Assembly (NCBI GenBank): GCA_036675025.1
Contig: JAKFFN010000113.1
Span: forward strand, 5,337-69,336
DNA: 64,000 bases
DNA from: Candidatus Sumerlaeales bacterium
Lineage (GTDB): Bacteria; Sumerlaeota; Sumerlaeia; Sumerlaeales; Sumerlaeaceae
Reading direction: 5' to 3'
Shown here piece by piece: positions 29,166-38,797 of the stretch; position 1 is the first letter of the stretch, and each line of letters starts with the position of its first letter. Position numbers and translations under genes: made by a program. Below the pieces are notes generated by a model, which was given only the letters and a program-made list of their open reading frames with translations, was not told the origin of the DNA and did no database searches.

Positions 29166-30254
29166 TTGCGTTCCATTCCACTCCTGATGAACGTGCAGCC
29201 AAATCCGCGCGGGCGGGGTACCCCCGGTAACCCGCAGAACCGGTTCGAGAAGCACGCCATCGAGGTACAACTGGAGGATTTCGAGCACGAGGAGCTGCCC
29301 CCCGCGCCGGGAACCCAATTCATACCCGATCTAAGCAAGTCGATCCTGACGAAGAACGACAGCCCCGATGTCGGCTTCACCTGGAGCATCAACCCGTACC
29401 GCGGATGCGAGCATGGATGTTCCTACTGCTATGCGCGTCCGTACCATGAGTATTTGGGTATGTCTGCCGGTCTGGATTTCGAATCCAAAATTCTTGTGAA
29501 AGAGGATGCACCACAACTGCTACGAAAGGCCCTGGACCGGCCTAGCTATGAGCCAGACATCATAGCTATGAGCGGCGTGACTGACTGCTATCAGCCCGGC
29601 GAGCGGCAGTTTGAGCTGACCCGCGGATGTCTTAAGGTTCTGGCGGAGTACAAGAACCCCGCAGGTCTCATTACGAAGAACCGGCTGGTGACTCGCGACA
29701 TTGACGTGATGAGGGAGATGGCATCGTGGAACGGCATCTGCGTCCTGCTGTCAATCACAACACTCGATCCGGAAATGAGTGGTAAACTGGAGCCGCGGGC
29801 ATCCCGTCCCCAGGCGCGGCTTGATGCGATCAGTAAACTCGCCGATGCTGGCATTCCGGTTGGCGTAAATGCCGCGCCGATGATACCCGGCCTTACCGAC
29901 TCAGAATTGCCTGCCATAATAGCCGCGTCAGCGGCGGCCGGTGCCAAGTTCGCCGGCTATACCGTAGTGCGCCTGCCAGGTGCCGTACATGGAATTTTCG
30001 AAGGATGGTTAAACCGCAATTTTCCCGATGCAGCCAGTAAAGTGATGAATCGGATCCGAGACGTACACGGCGGAAATGTGAGCGACAGCCGCTTTGGCGT
30101 ACGCATGAAAGGGGAGGGAGAGTATGCTACCCAACTGCGTGGACTATTTAACGGCAGCTGCCGGAAAGCCGGCCTGACTAACGGCTTTCCAGAAATGACG
30201 ACAGAGCACTTCCGACGCCCGCAGAAGGGCCAGATGGACCTGTTCGACATTTAA
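29166..30254 (+). CDS. Radical SAM protein (SPL/COG1533-like family)
   Basis: The CEHGCSYCY cluster (CxxxCxxC) lies after a conserved N-terminal NPRGRG..NP.NRFE motif. It has a TIM-barrel-like length (362 aa). Confidence 0.75.
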   Translation: MRSIPLLMNVQPNPRGRGTPGNPQNRFEKHAIEVQLEDFEHEELPPAPGTQFIPDLSKSILTKNDSPDVGFTWSINPYRGCEHGCSYCYARPYHEYLGMSAGLDFESKILVKEDAPQLLRKALDRPSYEPDIIAMSGVTDCYQPGERQFELTRGCLKVLAEYKNPAGLITKNRLVTRDIDVMREMASWNGICVLLSITTLDPEMSGKLEPRASRPQARLDAISKLADAGIPVGVNAAPMIPGLTDSELPAIIAASAAAGAKFAGYTVVRLPGAVHGIFEGWLNRNFPDAASKVMNRIRDVHGGNVSDSRFGVRMKGEGEYATQLRGLFNGSCRKAGLTNGFPEMTTEHFRRPQKGQMDLFDI

Positions 30255-30326
30255 CCTGCAGGCTATTTCCTTGACACGAGTATAGCTCCATCCATCTTCC
30301 TATTTACGCAAACCCCAGAGGCAATA

Positions 30327-32465
30327 ATGTATCGTTGGACTGTTACCCCGGCTTTTCTGTCAGTATTTCTTTGTTTTAATGTGATGGCTGGAGGTTCCGC
30401 ACAAACCAGCCAGACGTCAAAACTTTCCAACTTCGATTACACTGGGGTTCGTCTACTTGATAGCCATTGGAAAGACCAGCAGCAGGATGTAATTGAGTAC
30501 TACCTCTCGATTCCTACGGATAACTATCTCATTGGTTTTCGTAAACGTGCAGGCAAGCCGGCGCCGGGTACTGAACTGGGCGGCTGGTACTCAGAAGATC
30601 GGTTTAACTCCTTCGGGCAGATACTCTCCGGTTTGGCGCGATTCCATGCGGCAACTGGGGATACAAAGGTAAAATCCAAAGTCGATGAGATGGTGGCGGG
30701 ATTCGTCGAATGTATCGAGCCTGACGGATACCATTTTTACTCGCGCAACTGCAACGCTCCCCACTACGAGTTCGATAAATTTCTCGGTGGCCTTATTGAC
30801 GCCAATTTGTACTGCGATAATGCTATAGCCCGTCAGGCCATCTCGCCGATTACAGACTGGGCGATCCAGAATCTGGACCCAAGTCCAAAGTACCCACAAC
30901 TTCCCGGCCAGGCTAACGTAGAAGGTTACACTCTCACTGAGAACTTGTACAGGGCATACATCCTTACCGGTGACCAGAAGTATCGGGATTTTGGAAAGCA
31001 TTGGGAGTATTGGGGATGGTGGGATAAGTTCATCACTAAGTCCCCGGTGGATCTTTACATCCAGCCTGATGGCAACAAGATGCCTCACTACCACGCTTAC
31101 AGCCATGTAAATTCGCTTGGCGGCCTGGCCACCGGATATACGGTAACGCAAGATGACAAGTACCTGGATAGACTGATAAACTCCTATGATGTTACCAGGA
31201 AAAATCAGGCTTATGTAACAGGGGGTTATGGCCCAATGGAGCGATATACACATCGCACCGCCCTGGAAAAGGCAATCGATTATTCTAACCGTCACTTTGA
31301 AACTCAGTGTGGTTCGTGGGCTGTCTTTAAACTTTCAAAGTACCTGCAGACATTTACAGCAGACGGCCGCTACGCCGATTGGGCGGAGCAGATGATATAC
31401 AACGGCATTGGTGGCAGCATCAATATGGACGCCGGGGGAAAAGTCCAGTATTTCAGTAACTATTCATCTCGCGGCGCGAAGAAGATTAACATTAATCCGT
31501 GGTCTTGCTGCACTGGCACCCGGCCCCAGGCGGTCGCCGATTATGTTGATCAAATTTATTACAAAGACGGATCAGATCTCTATGTAAGTCTGTTCCTGCC
31601 ATCGCAAGTCTCGTGGCAAGTAGATAGCAGTACTGCAACTTTAAAAATGGAAACCGCATTTCCAGCAGAAGAACGCGTTCGCATGGTCATAGACCATGGT
31701 CCGTCAACATCGTTTACGATTAACGTACGCCGGCCATCCTGGCTGGCTGGAGATGCACAGTTCACCGTTAATGGAGAATCAATAGCAACAAGCATTTCCG
31801 CCAGCAACTGGTACCCAATCTCCAGGAGTTGGAGTAGCGGTGACGTCCTGGAATTTAACCTGCCTATGAAGCCCGAATGGAAACCGTTCAATCCTGAAAA
31901 TCCATTTCCTGGGGCAGTAACTTACGGTCCGGTGGCCCTCGCCTGGCTTTCTTCTTCAGATAATCCGTCCGAAGGCCGAACACCGGAGCAACTAATCAAT
32001 GCGCTGCAAAGGAGTACCGGCCAGTTTTCCTGGAGCGTTAATGATAGCCCGTCTACTATAGTTAAGCCCTGGTATATGGTGGGCCCTGAAGAAAAATATC
32101 ATCTGTACCTGGATCCAAAAACCGGGCAGTACGTTGATCTCGGAAATGGATGGCGAACCAATGAAATCCACATGATTTCTGATCTTCCGAAATCCGAAGC
32201 AACTTTCTCTTTTGAAGGCACGGGCGTCCGTTTCCATTACTCCCGGTTTGATGATGCCGGAATTGCCAAGGTCCTGGTCGATGGTAAAGAAGTTGCGCTT
32301 ATAGACCAATATGCACCAGGGCGAAACATTGATGCTCATCGTGATATTACAGAGCTACCTGATGGCAAACACACGCTCGCTGTTATTTGTAGTGGTGAGA
32401 AGAATCCCGCTTCAAAGGCACGAGTGATAAATATTAAGCGGTTTGAAGTTCTTAACGGCAGTTAA
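30327..32465 (+). CDS. Glycoside hydrolase family 127-like (DUF1680; β-L-arabinofuranosidase-type), secreted
   Basis: It has a signal peptide. It has the GH127/HypBA1-like length and blocks. The conserved Cys cluster region (CCTG...) is retained. Confidence 0.7.
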   Translation: MYRWTVTPAFLSVFLCFNVMAGGSAQTSQTSKLSNFDYTGVRLLDSHWKDQQQDVIEYYLSIPTDNYLIGFRKRAGKPAPGTELGGWYSEDRFNSFGQILSGLARFHAATGDTKVKSKVDEMVAGFVECIEPDGYHFYSRNCNAPHYEFDKFLGGLIDANLYCDNAIARQAISPITDWAIQNLDPSPKYPQLPGQANVEGYTLTENLYRAYILTGDQKYRDFGKHWEYWGWWDKFITKSPVDLYIQPDGNKMPHYHAYSHVNSLGGLATGYTVTQDDKYLDRLINSYDVTRKNQAYVTGGYGPMERYTHRTALEKAIDYSNRHFETQCGSWAVFKLSKYLQTFTADGRYADWAEQMIYNGIGGSINMDAGGKVQYFSNYSSRGAKKININPWSCCTGTRPQAVADYVDQIYYKDGSDLYVSLFLPSQVSWQVDSSTATLKMETAFPAEERVRMVIDHGPSTSFTINVRRPSWLAGDAQFTVNGESIATSISASNWYPISRSWSSGDVLEFNLPMKPEWKPFNPENPFPGAVTYGPVALAWLSSSDNPSEGRTPEQLINALQRSTGQFSWSVNDSPSTIVKPWYMVGPEEKYHLYLDPKTGQYVDLGNGWRTNEIHMISDLPKSEATFSFEGTGVRFHYSRFDDAGIAKVLVDGKEVALIDQYAPGRNIDAHRDITELPDGKHTLAVICSGEKNPASKARVINIKRFEVLNGS

Positions 32466-32478
32466 GGCGCGGGGTTAG

Positions 32479-33150
32479 CTATGCACGCTGACGCACAGGT
32501 ATCTTGTAGATTTGCCCATCTGCAATACCATAAACCTTATCGCCCGCCTTTGGCTTTACGCTAGCCGTGCCAGTAAATCCGCCGAAAGCTGGCAGCAATG
32601 CCCACCCCAGCGAAAAGAGAAAACATGGCAGACGCATCGCGTGGCCAACACTGTCATACAGTTTAATCGATGGATGAACATGCCCTGATAGCACGAACAG
32701 CCCCGCCTGCTCACACGGCTCGTGGCAGTAAAGAAACGGCCCGTCCTGAATGGGGCGCCTGGAAAACTCAATATCCCAATGCGCAGGCGGCTCATTGCTA
32801 CTGCGGTCGTGATTACCCATAACAATAGTCACGGCTACAGAGGCATGCTGTACGCGCCAGGTCTCCAGCATGTCCATGGTGCGGTCGCATTGTCCGGTAC
32901 GATGATGAAAGAAGTCACCCAGTACGATCAGGCGTTCGGCCTGAGTAATACTCAGCAAATTTGTCACTCGGTTGAGGTCATTAGCTGTGGTACCTGCAGG
33001 AACAGGCACACCCGCCTGTCGAAATGCTGAAGGCTTGCCAAAATGTGGGTCTGCGATAAGCAGGGTCTTTCGGGCCGGCCAGAACAATGCACGGTCTGCC
33101 AGCAATTGAAGCTCTTCTCCAGCCCACTTACACATAGCGGTCGTTGTCAT
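32479..33150 (-). CDS. pdeM: Ligase-associated DNA damage response metallophosphoesterase PdeM
   Basis: It has calcineurin-like motifs ([22 protein letters not shown]). The start is at an internal Met (MTTTAMCKW). Its start overlaps the ynfA stop (ATGA). Confidence 0.8.
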   Translation of the reverse strand: MTTTAMCKWAGEELQLLADRALFWPARKTLLIADPHFGKPSAFRQAGVPVPAGTTANDLNRVTNLLSITQAERLIVLGDFFHHRTGQCDRTMDMLETWRVQHASVAVTIVMGNHDRSSNEPPAHWDIEFSRRPIQDGPFLYCHEPCEQAGLFVLSGHVHPSIKLYDSVGHAMRLPCFLFSLGWALLPAFGGFTGTASVKPKAGDKVYGIADGQIYKIPVRQRA

Positions 33151-33485
33151 GAACGCGGCGCCAGTACTATTATTGCCGTACCCATCAGTATCACCGTAAG
33201 TCCTGCCAAATCCCAACGGTCGGGTCGAATACCTTCCACCACCCACAGCCATACCACGGCTACCGACACATAAACGCCGCCATAGGCTGCGTAGGTGCGA
33301 CCCGCCGCTGCGGGGTGCAGCGTCAGCAGCCAGGCGAACAGTGCAAGCGACATTGCTGCCGGAACAAGCAGCCACGCTGAGCGCCCCTGCTTAAGCCACA
33401 GATAGGGCAGGAAACAGCCAACAATTTCGGCGACAGCCGTTGCGGCGAAAAGCCCGTATGTCTGAAGAAGGCGCATCATTGACAA
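33147..33485 (-). CDS. ynfA: YnfA/UPF0060-family small membrane protein
   Basis: It is 112 aa with 4 TM helices and typical YnfA sequence ([12 protein letters not shown]...YAAYGGVYV). It is inserted between the helicase and pdeM genes. Confidence 0.8.
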   Translation of the reverse strand: MSMMRLLQTYGLFAATAVAEIVGCFLPYLWLKQGRSAWLLVPAAMSLALFAWLLTLHPAAAGRTYAAYGGVYVSVAVVWLWVVEGIRPDRWDLAGLTVILMGTAIIVLAPRS

Positions 33486-33507
33486 CTGCTACACGAAAAC
33501 CCTGCGA

Positions 33508-36015
33508 TCAATCGGTACTCATGTCCTCTTCAGCCATGATTTCAAGCTGAGACACCATCCGTTTGATCCTGTCGGCGTAGCTTTCGCTCGAAACGTGAGC
33601 TGTTGCACTCGCCATTCGACTTGCCCATAGGGGGAAAGCCAGTGGCGTAAACCTTGTCACACGGATAAGGCGAAGCTGTGTCTCCTGCAGGCGTCTCAGC
33701 GCCTCTCCCAGACGAACTACCTCCATTTGCCGTTCCATCACTTCGCGCCGTGCCTGGTCAAGCAGCAGGTTTTCCGGATCGTACTTGTTAAAAACATCAA
33801 AAAGCAGGCTGGTAGAAGATTGCACCTGCCTGGCAACTTTAGGTGCACCCGGGTAGCCTGTAAATATAAGTCCCGCCACCCGCGCCACCTCGCGAAACTG
33901 TCGTTTTGCCAGTTCGGTCGCATTAATTGACGCAAACAGATCATCCAGCAGCCGGTCCGGCGAAAGGATCTGGCGCCACGCCTTCTCATCCATTTTCAAA
34001 TCGATAGGCTCATGGCTCAAGAGTTCAAACCCATAGTCGTTCATGGTCACGCCGATTGTGCGCGGGTTCAACTGGGAGACTCTCCAGGCAACCAGGCCGC
34101 CAAGCCCTTCATGCACGAAGTGCCCTTCGAAGGGGTACAGGAAAACGTGGTAGCCCTCCCGGCTGCGTATGAACTCAATAAGCAGTTCATCCTTTGCCGG
34201 TATTACTGACCAGTGTGCCTGGATATCCAGCACCGGTTTTACCTTTTCCATCTCAGGCCCCTCGAAGTTCCCATGCCGTGCATCATCCAGTTTATCACGC
34301 ACTGCCTGGCCTAACTGGCTGGTAATGGGCATGCGGCTTCCGCCCCAGGTCGGCAGCGCGCCGCTCTGCTTCTCTGCGAACTTTACCGTCGCCGTCATTT
34401 CCTTAAGGCGCACCAGTTCAAGCAGCCGGCCCGCAAATACGAAGCAGTCGCCGTTCTTCAGTTTCGCCAGGAAGTTCTCTTCCACTGTGCCCAGGATGCC
34501 GCCGCCCTGCAGCTTTAAGGCGATGTTCATATCTGATGTAATTGTGCCGATATTAAGGCGATGAAGCTTCGCCATCTTATCACTGGAAATTGCCCAGCGG
34601 TTATCGTACTTATGAACCTTCTTGAACTGGTCGTAAGCTCGCAGCGCCTGCCCGCCATGGCTCAGGAAATCAATTACCCAATCCCATTCCTGCCGAGTCA
34701 GTTTTCGGTAAGACCATGCCTTACGCACTTCATCAAAAAGCTGCTCTTCGTCAAAACCTTCGCCGGCGGCGAGGGTCACTACGTGCTGAGTCAGCACGTC
34801 AATCGGGCGATCCGGAGGAATCCGCAGTTCTATCCGGCCCGCCTCGGCGGCGTCGCGGGTTGCAGAATACTCCACCAGTTCAAACGCGTTAGTGGGCACG
34901 CAGAGCACCCGGCTCACGCCCCCCGGCTGGTGACCACTGCGCCCCGCGCGCTGAAGCAGGCGCGCCACGCCCTTAGGGCTGCCGATCTGGATCACCTGGT
35001 CCACAGTGGGAAAATCTACACCAAGATCCAGGCTCGACGTACACACTACGCACTTGATCACGCCTGTGCGCAGGCCGTCTTCCACAGTCTCCCTGATCTC
35101 CCGGTCCAGTGAACCGTGGTGCAGAGCCATTCTGTCCTTCCAGCGCGGTCCAGCTTTCATGATCGATTGATACCAGAGCTCTGCCTGGGATCGCGTGTTA
35201 GTAAAAACCAGGGTCGTCTTTGCCCCGGAAATAGCTTTAACAACATCAGGAAGCAACCGCAGCCCGATGTGACCAGACCACGGAAACCGTTCGATGTTCT
35301 CCGGCAGCATGGTCACGATTTCGGTGATCTTGTCGTTCTCTGCGCGAATCAAAACTTTGTCACGCCTGCCTGTAGCCGTAAGTACATCCAAGGCCATGTC
35401 CAGGTTCCCAAGTGTTGCGCTAAGGCCCCAGATCCGCATGTCCGGCAGCCACGTCCTCAACCGCGCCAGGGCCAACTCCGTCTGGGTGCCCCGCTTATTG
35501 CCCAGGAGTTCATGCCACTCGTCCACAACAACGGCTTTCACAGTACCCAGCAGCTCACGCGTGTTGTCGTAAGTCAGCAGCACCGAAAGGCTTTCGGGCG
35601 TCGTCACCAGTGCCGTAGGAAGCTTCGTTTTCTGACGCGCCTTCCGTGATGCCGACGTATCACCTGTTCGTTTTTCCAGCGTCCAGGGCATGCCAAGGCC
35701 TTCGATTGGTGCACGCAGCGCCGAAAGCGTATCGTTGGCAAGAGCGCGTAGGGGAGTGATCCACAGCACTTGGGTCGGCGCTGGATCTTTCAGGTTCCAT
35801 TGCATCTTATCGGGATTGTCAGCCAGCCACTGCGATACCGGACCCAACCACACAGAGTATGTCTTTCCCATGCCTGTGGGCGCGTTTACCAGTCCATCCG
35901 CGCCTTCGGCAAAAGCAGCCCATGCTTCCTGTTGAAACTCGAACGGCTGCCAGCGCTTTCGCCTGAACCATTTCGCCAGTTCCGGGTGCAGGGTATCTGT
36001 TGTGGCCGTTGTCAT
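33508..36015 (-). CDS. Ligase-associated DEXH-box helicase (Lhr-core type)
   Basis: It has a Walker A (APTGMGKT), DEWH, SATLGN and a helicase C domain plus Lhr-specific C-terminal domains. Its start overlaps the ligase stop. Confidence 0.85.
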   Translation of the reverse strand: MTTATTDTLHPELAKWFRRKRWQPFEFQQEAWAAFAEGADGLVNAPTGMGKTYSVWLGPVSQWLADNPDKMQWNLKDPAPTQVLWITPLRALANDTLSALRAPIEGLGMPWTLEKRTGDTSASRKARQKTKLPTALVTTPESLSVLLTYDNTRELLGTVKAVVVDEWHELLGNKRGTQTELALARLRTWLPDMRIWGLSATLGNLDMALDVLTATGRRDKVLIRAENDKITEIVTMLPENIERFPWSGHIGLRLLPDVVKAISGAKTTLVFTNTRSQAELWYQSIMKAGPRWKDRMALHHGSLDREIRETVEDGLRTGVIKCVVCTSSLDLGVDFPTVDQVIQIGSPKGVARLLQRAGRSGHQPGGVSRVLCVPTNAFELVEYSATRDAAEAGRIELRIPPDRPIDVLTQHVVTLAAGEGFDEEQLFDEVRKAWSYRKLTRQEWDWVIDFLSHGGQALRAYDQFKKVHKYDNRWAISSDKMAKLHRLNIGTITSDMNIALKLQGGGILGTVEENFLAKLKNGDCFVFAGRLLELVRLKEMTATVKFAEKQSGALPTWGGSRMPITSQLGQAVRDKLDDARHGNFEGPEMEKVKPVLDIQAHWSVIPAKDELLIEFIRSREGYHVFLYPFEGHFVHEGLGGLVAWRVSQLNPRTIGVTMNDYGFELLSHEPIDLKMDEKAWRQILSPDRLLDDLFASINATELAKRQFREVARVAGLIFTGYPGAPKVARQVQSSTSLLFDVFNKYDPENLLLDQARREVMERQMEVVRLGEALRRLQETQLRLIRVTRFTPLAFPLWASRMASATAHVSSESYADRIKRMVSQLEIMAEEDMSTD

Positions 36016-37610
36016 TTATTGTGGAGCTCCAACAGGTCGTAAACAAGCTCCAGCGTATCGGCCTGGTCGGCCGGTTTATCTTTCCGCCACCGCTGAATGC
36101 GTGGGAATCTTACTGCAATGCCCGACTTGTTACGTGTGCTTGGTTGAAGACCCTCAAAGGCCAGTTCAAAAACCAGCTCCGGCTTTACCATGCGCACAGG
36201 TCCGAACTTTTCCAGCGTATTCTTTCGAACCCAGGCATCCACTTCTTTAATCTCGGAATCGGTAAGTCCGCTGTAAGCCTTTGCCACAGTAATGAGTTCA
36301 TCACCGCGCCAAACCCCAAATGTGTAATCGGTAAACAAACCAGCCCGCCGTCCACTGCCCGGCTGTGCGTACGTCAGCACGGCGTCCATCGTGTATGGAT
36401 CTACCTTCCACTTCCACCAGTCACCCTTTACGCGACCGGCGCGGTACGGAGAATCCAGCTTCTTCAGCATCAGACCTTCAGTACGATTTTCACGCGATAG
36501 CTGCCGGTGGTTCGCCAGTTCCTGCCAGCTTTCGGCGTTTACCAGCGGCGAAACATAAAGAGAGCTGTCTGGTTCCTGGTCACGCAAAAGTGACTCCAAT
36601 GCCCGGCGACGCTCCGCCAAGGGCCATTCGCGTATATCTTCGCCCTCCAACTCCATTATGTCATACGCCATAAATGCAGTCGGCGTGTCTTTTAAAATTT
36701 TAGGGGTCACAGCCTTTCGTGTAATTCGCGATTGCAGGTCCTGAAACGGTGCCGGCCGATCCACATCCCACGCCAGAATCTCACCATCCAATACGGTTCC
36801 ATCAGGTAGCGACGCTGCCGCGTCACGGATTTCCGGGAACCGGTCGGTCAGCAAATCTTCACCCCTCGACCATATGATCACCTGTCCCTGTCGACAAATT
36901 ACCTGGCTGCGGATCCCGTCCCATTTCCACTCCGCCTGGTAATGCGCCGCACTTTCCTGCTCCAGGAACTCCGTCGGCAGGGGATTAGCCAGGAAAAACG
37001 GAAATGGCTTCGCGGGATTTTCTTCCATTATCGCCGGTTCTGCCAGTCCCAGCATAGAAGTCGCAGTCGGTTCCCAGTTGCCCATCAGGCGGTGCGCCAT
37101 CACCGCAGGCTCCGCATCGTGCAGTTGGGCTAGCGCCTTTACCACAAGGGTTTTAGAAACACCTACGCGAAAAGCCCCTGTGATCAACTTGTTCCAGACG
37201 AATCGCTGATTGCAGTCCATGCGTTGCCATAACTCAATAACTGCCTTGCGTCGTTCCTCCTCAGGCATGGCTCTCAGTTTCAGCAGGTAGTCGTGCACAA
37301 GGCGATGGAGTGGAATTTCCATGGGAACTGGATTATCTGGGAGCAGCAGCGCGATTGTCTCCGCAAGGTCGCCCACATTGTGATAGCATTCGTCAACCAG
37401 CCAGTCCGGCAGTCCGGCAGCCTCGCCAACCCAACGCCGCAGCAGCGGGCTATTTACTGCGCGCTGCACTTTGGCACCCATTAAAAAATAAACAGCCCAC
37501 GCCGCATCTTCCGGCGGCGCATCTGCGAAATACTTTCGCAAGGCTTCGAGTTTTTCATTGGTCCGATTTGTGGCATCCAGGTCCATGTACAGGCGGGTAA
37601 ACTGCTGCAT
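36012..37610 (-). CDS. ATP-dependent DNA ligase (ligase-associated damage-response family)
   Basis: It has the KxDG adenylation motif (EWKWDGIRSQ) and nucleotidyltransferase and OB domains. It overlaps both neighbours. Confidence 0.9.
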   Translation of the reverse strand: MQQFTRLYMDLDATNRTNEKLEALRKYFADAPPEDAAWAVYFLMGAKVQRAVNSPLLRRWVGEAAGLPDWLVDECYHNVGDLAETIALLLPDNPVPMEIPLHRLVHDYLLKLRAMPEEERRKAVIELWQRMDCNQRFVWNKLITGAFRVGVSKTLVVKALAQLHDAEPAVMAHRLMGNWEPTATSMLGLAEPAIMEENPAKPFPFFLANPLPTEFLEQESAAHYQAEWKWDGIRSQVICRQGQVIIWSRGEDLLTDRFPEIRDAAASLPDGTVLDGEILAWDVDRPAPFQDLQSRITRKAVTPKILKDTPTAFMAYDIMELEGEDIREWPLAERRRALESLLRDQEPDSSLYVSPLVNAESWQELANHRQLSRENRTEGLMLKKLDSPYRAGRVKGDWWKWKVDPYTMDAVLTYAQPGSGRRAGLFTDYTFGVWRGDELITVAKAYSGLTDSEIKEVDAWVRKNTLEKFGPVRMVKPELVFELAFEGLQPSTRNKSGIAVRFPRIQRWRKDKPADQADTLELVYDLLELHNK

Positions 37611-38674
37611 CAGTCGCCCGCCTGCTCATCTGACTCAAATGACTGATCCACAGCCTGCTCCGCACCCTCCTCGGCTTCTGCAGCCAGTGTCTCACCCGTA
37701 TAGCGCGTAGGTACGTTGAATGCCTCTACGCGTCCCTGTTCATTAAGGAAGCGCACAAGCGGGTCAATGTGTCCATGTGTCACGCCCACGCGCTGCGCCC
37801 CCGTCGCCTCAATAGCCTCCATCAGCCCTGGCCAGTCGGCGTGATCAGACAAGATAAACCCGCGGTCCAGCGCGTTACGCCGGCGGGCTCCGCGCACTGC
37901 CATCCAGCCCGACGCAAACGCCAGCGAGGCCGGACCAAATTTCTTAAGCCACGGGCTGCCCGCGGCCGAAGGCGGCGCAATAATTAAAGCGCGCCCTTTT
38001 GCATCCTTAGAATTTTCAAGACTCGCTTTCTCTGCAAGCGGCAGGTTAATACCGGCGTCTTTATAAAGCGGCAGAAATGGGCTCACCGCCCCATGTACGA
38101 AAATGGGTCCGATAGAAGAATCAATACCTCCCAGCACCCGCTGCGCTTTTCCCAGGGAGTAGGCGAACACCACTGAAACCCGTCCCTTCTCACGGTTTCC
38201 ACTCCACCAGTTATTAATTGAGCTCATTATATCTTCTTGTGGCGACCAACGGTAAATCGGCAGGCCAAAAGTACTTTCAGTAATGAACGTGTGGCATCGC
38301 ACCGGCTCAAACGGCGTACAGGTTTTATCCGGCGTCGTCTTGTAATCCCCACTGAAAACCCATACCTCACCCTCATGCTCCAGGCGAACTTGCGAGCTAC
38401 CCAAAATATGGCCAGCTGGATGCAGCGATACCTTTACGCCATTGATAATCCGGGTCTCTCCATAAGGGATGGACTCAATATTTGCATCCGGACTCACCCG
38501 CACAGCCAACACCTGGTGACCTTCCTTGCTTGTCAGGTAAGATTTACATCCCCACCGGGCATGGTCGGTATGGGCATGCGTCACAATGGCACGCTCTACC
38601 GGGCGCCAGGGGTCCAGGTAAAAATCTCCGGCTTTGCAATACAGGCCACGATCGGTTGGTTGGATGAGAGTCAC
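37610..38674 (-). CDS. Ligase-associated metallo-β-lactamase/β-CASP exonuclease
   Basis: It has an HxHxDH motif (THAHTDHARWG) and β-CASP motifs. It is the first gene of the minus-strand operon. Confidence 0.85.
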   Translation of the reverse strand: MTLIQPTDRGLYCKAGDFYLDPWRPVERAIVTHAHTDHARWGCKSYLTSKEGHQVLAVRVSPDANIESIPYGETRIINGVKVSLHPAGHILGSSQVRLEHEGEVWVFSGDYKTTPDKTCTPFEPVRCHTFITESTFGLPIYRWSPQEDIMSSINNWWSGNREKGRVSVVFAYSLGKAQRVLGGIDSSIGPIFVHGAVSPFLPLYKDAGINLPLAEKASLENSKDAKGRALIIAPPSAAGSPWLKKFGPASLAFASGWMAVRGARRRNALDRGFILSDHADWPGLMEAIEATGAQRVGVTHGHIDPLVRFLNEQGRVEAFNVPTRYTGETLAAEAEEGAEQAVDQSFESDEQAGD

Positions 38675-38797
38675 GCTTTGAACTTATGTTCTACCCAAAT
38701 TTGTTCTCGAACTTCACCGGTAAGAGCGTACCGCGTGCCGGTTGGTCCGGATGTTTTTCAGTTGTACTGCGTGAGAGTGTCGTATAGGTAAGGCGCC

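Noticed and set aside
35116-35649. Several 90-180-aa plus-strand ORFs within 33500-36000
   Set aside because: They are antisense to the Lhr-core helicase gene.
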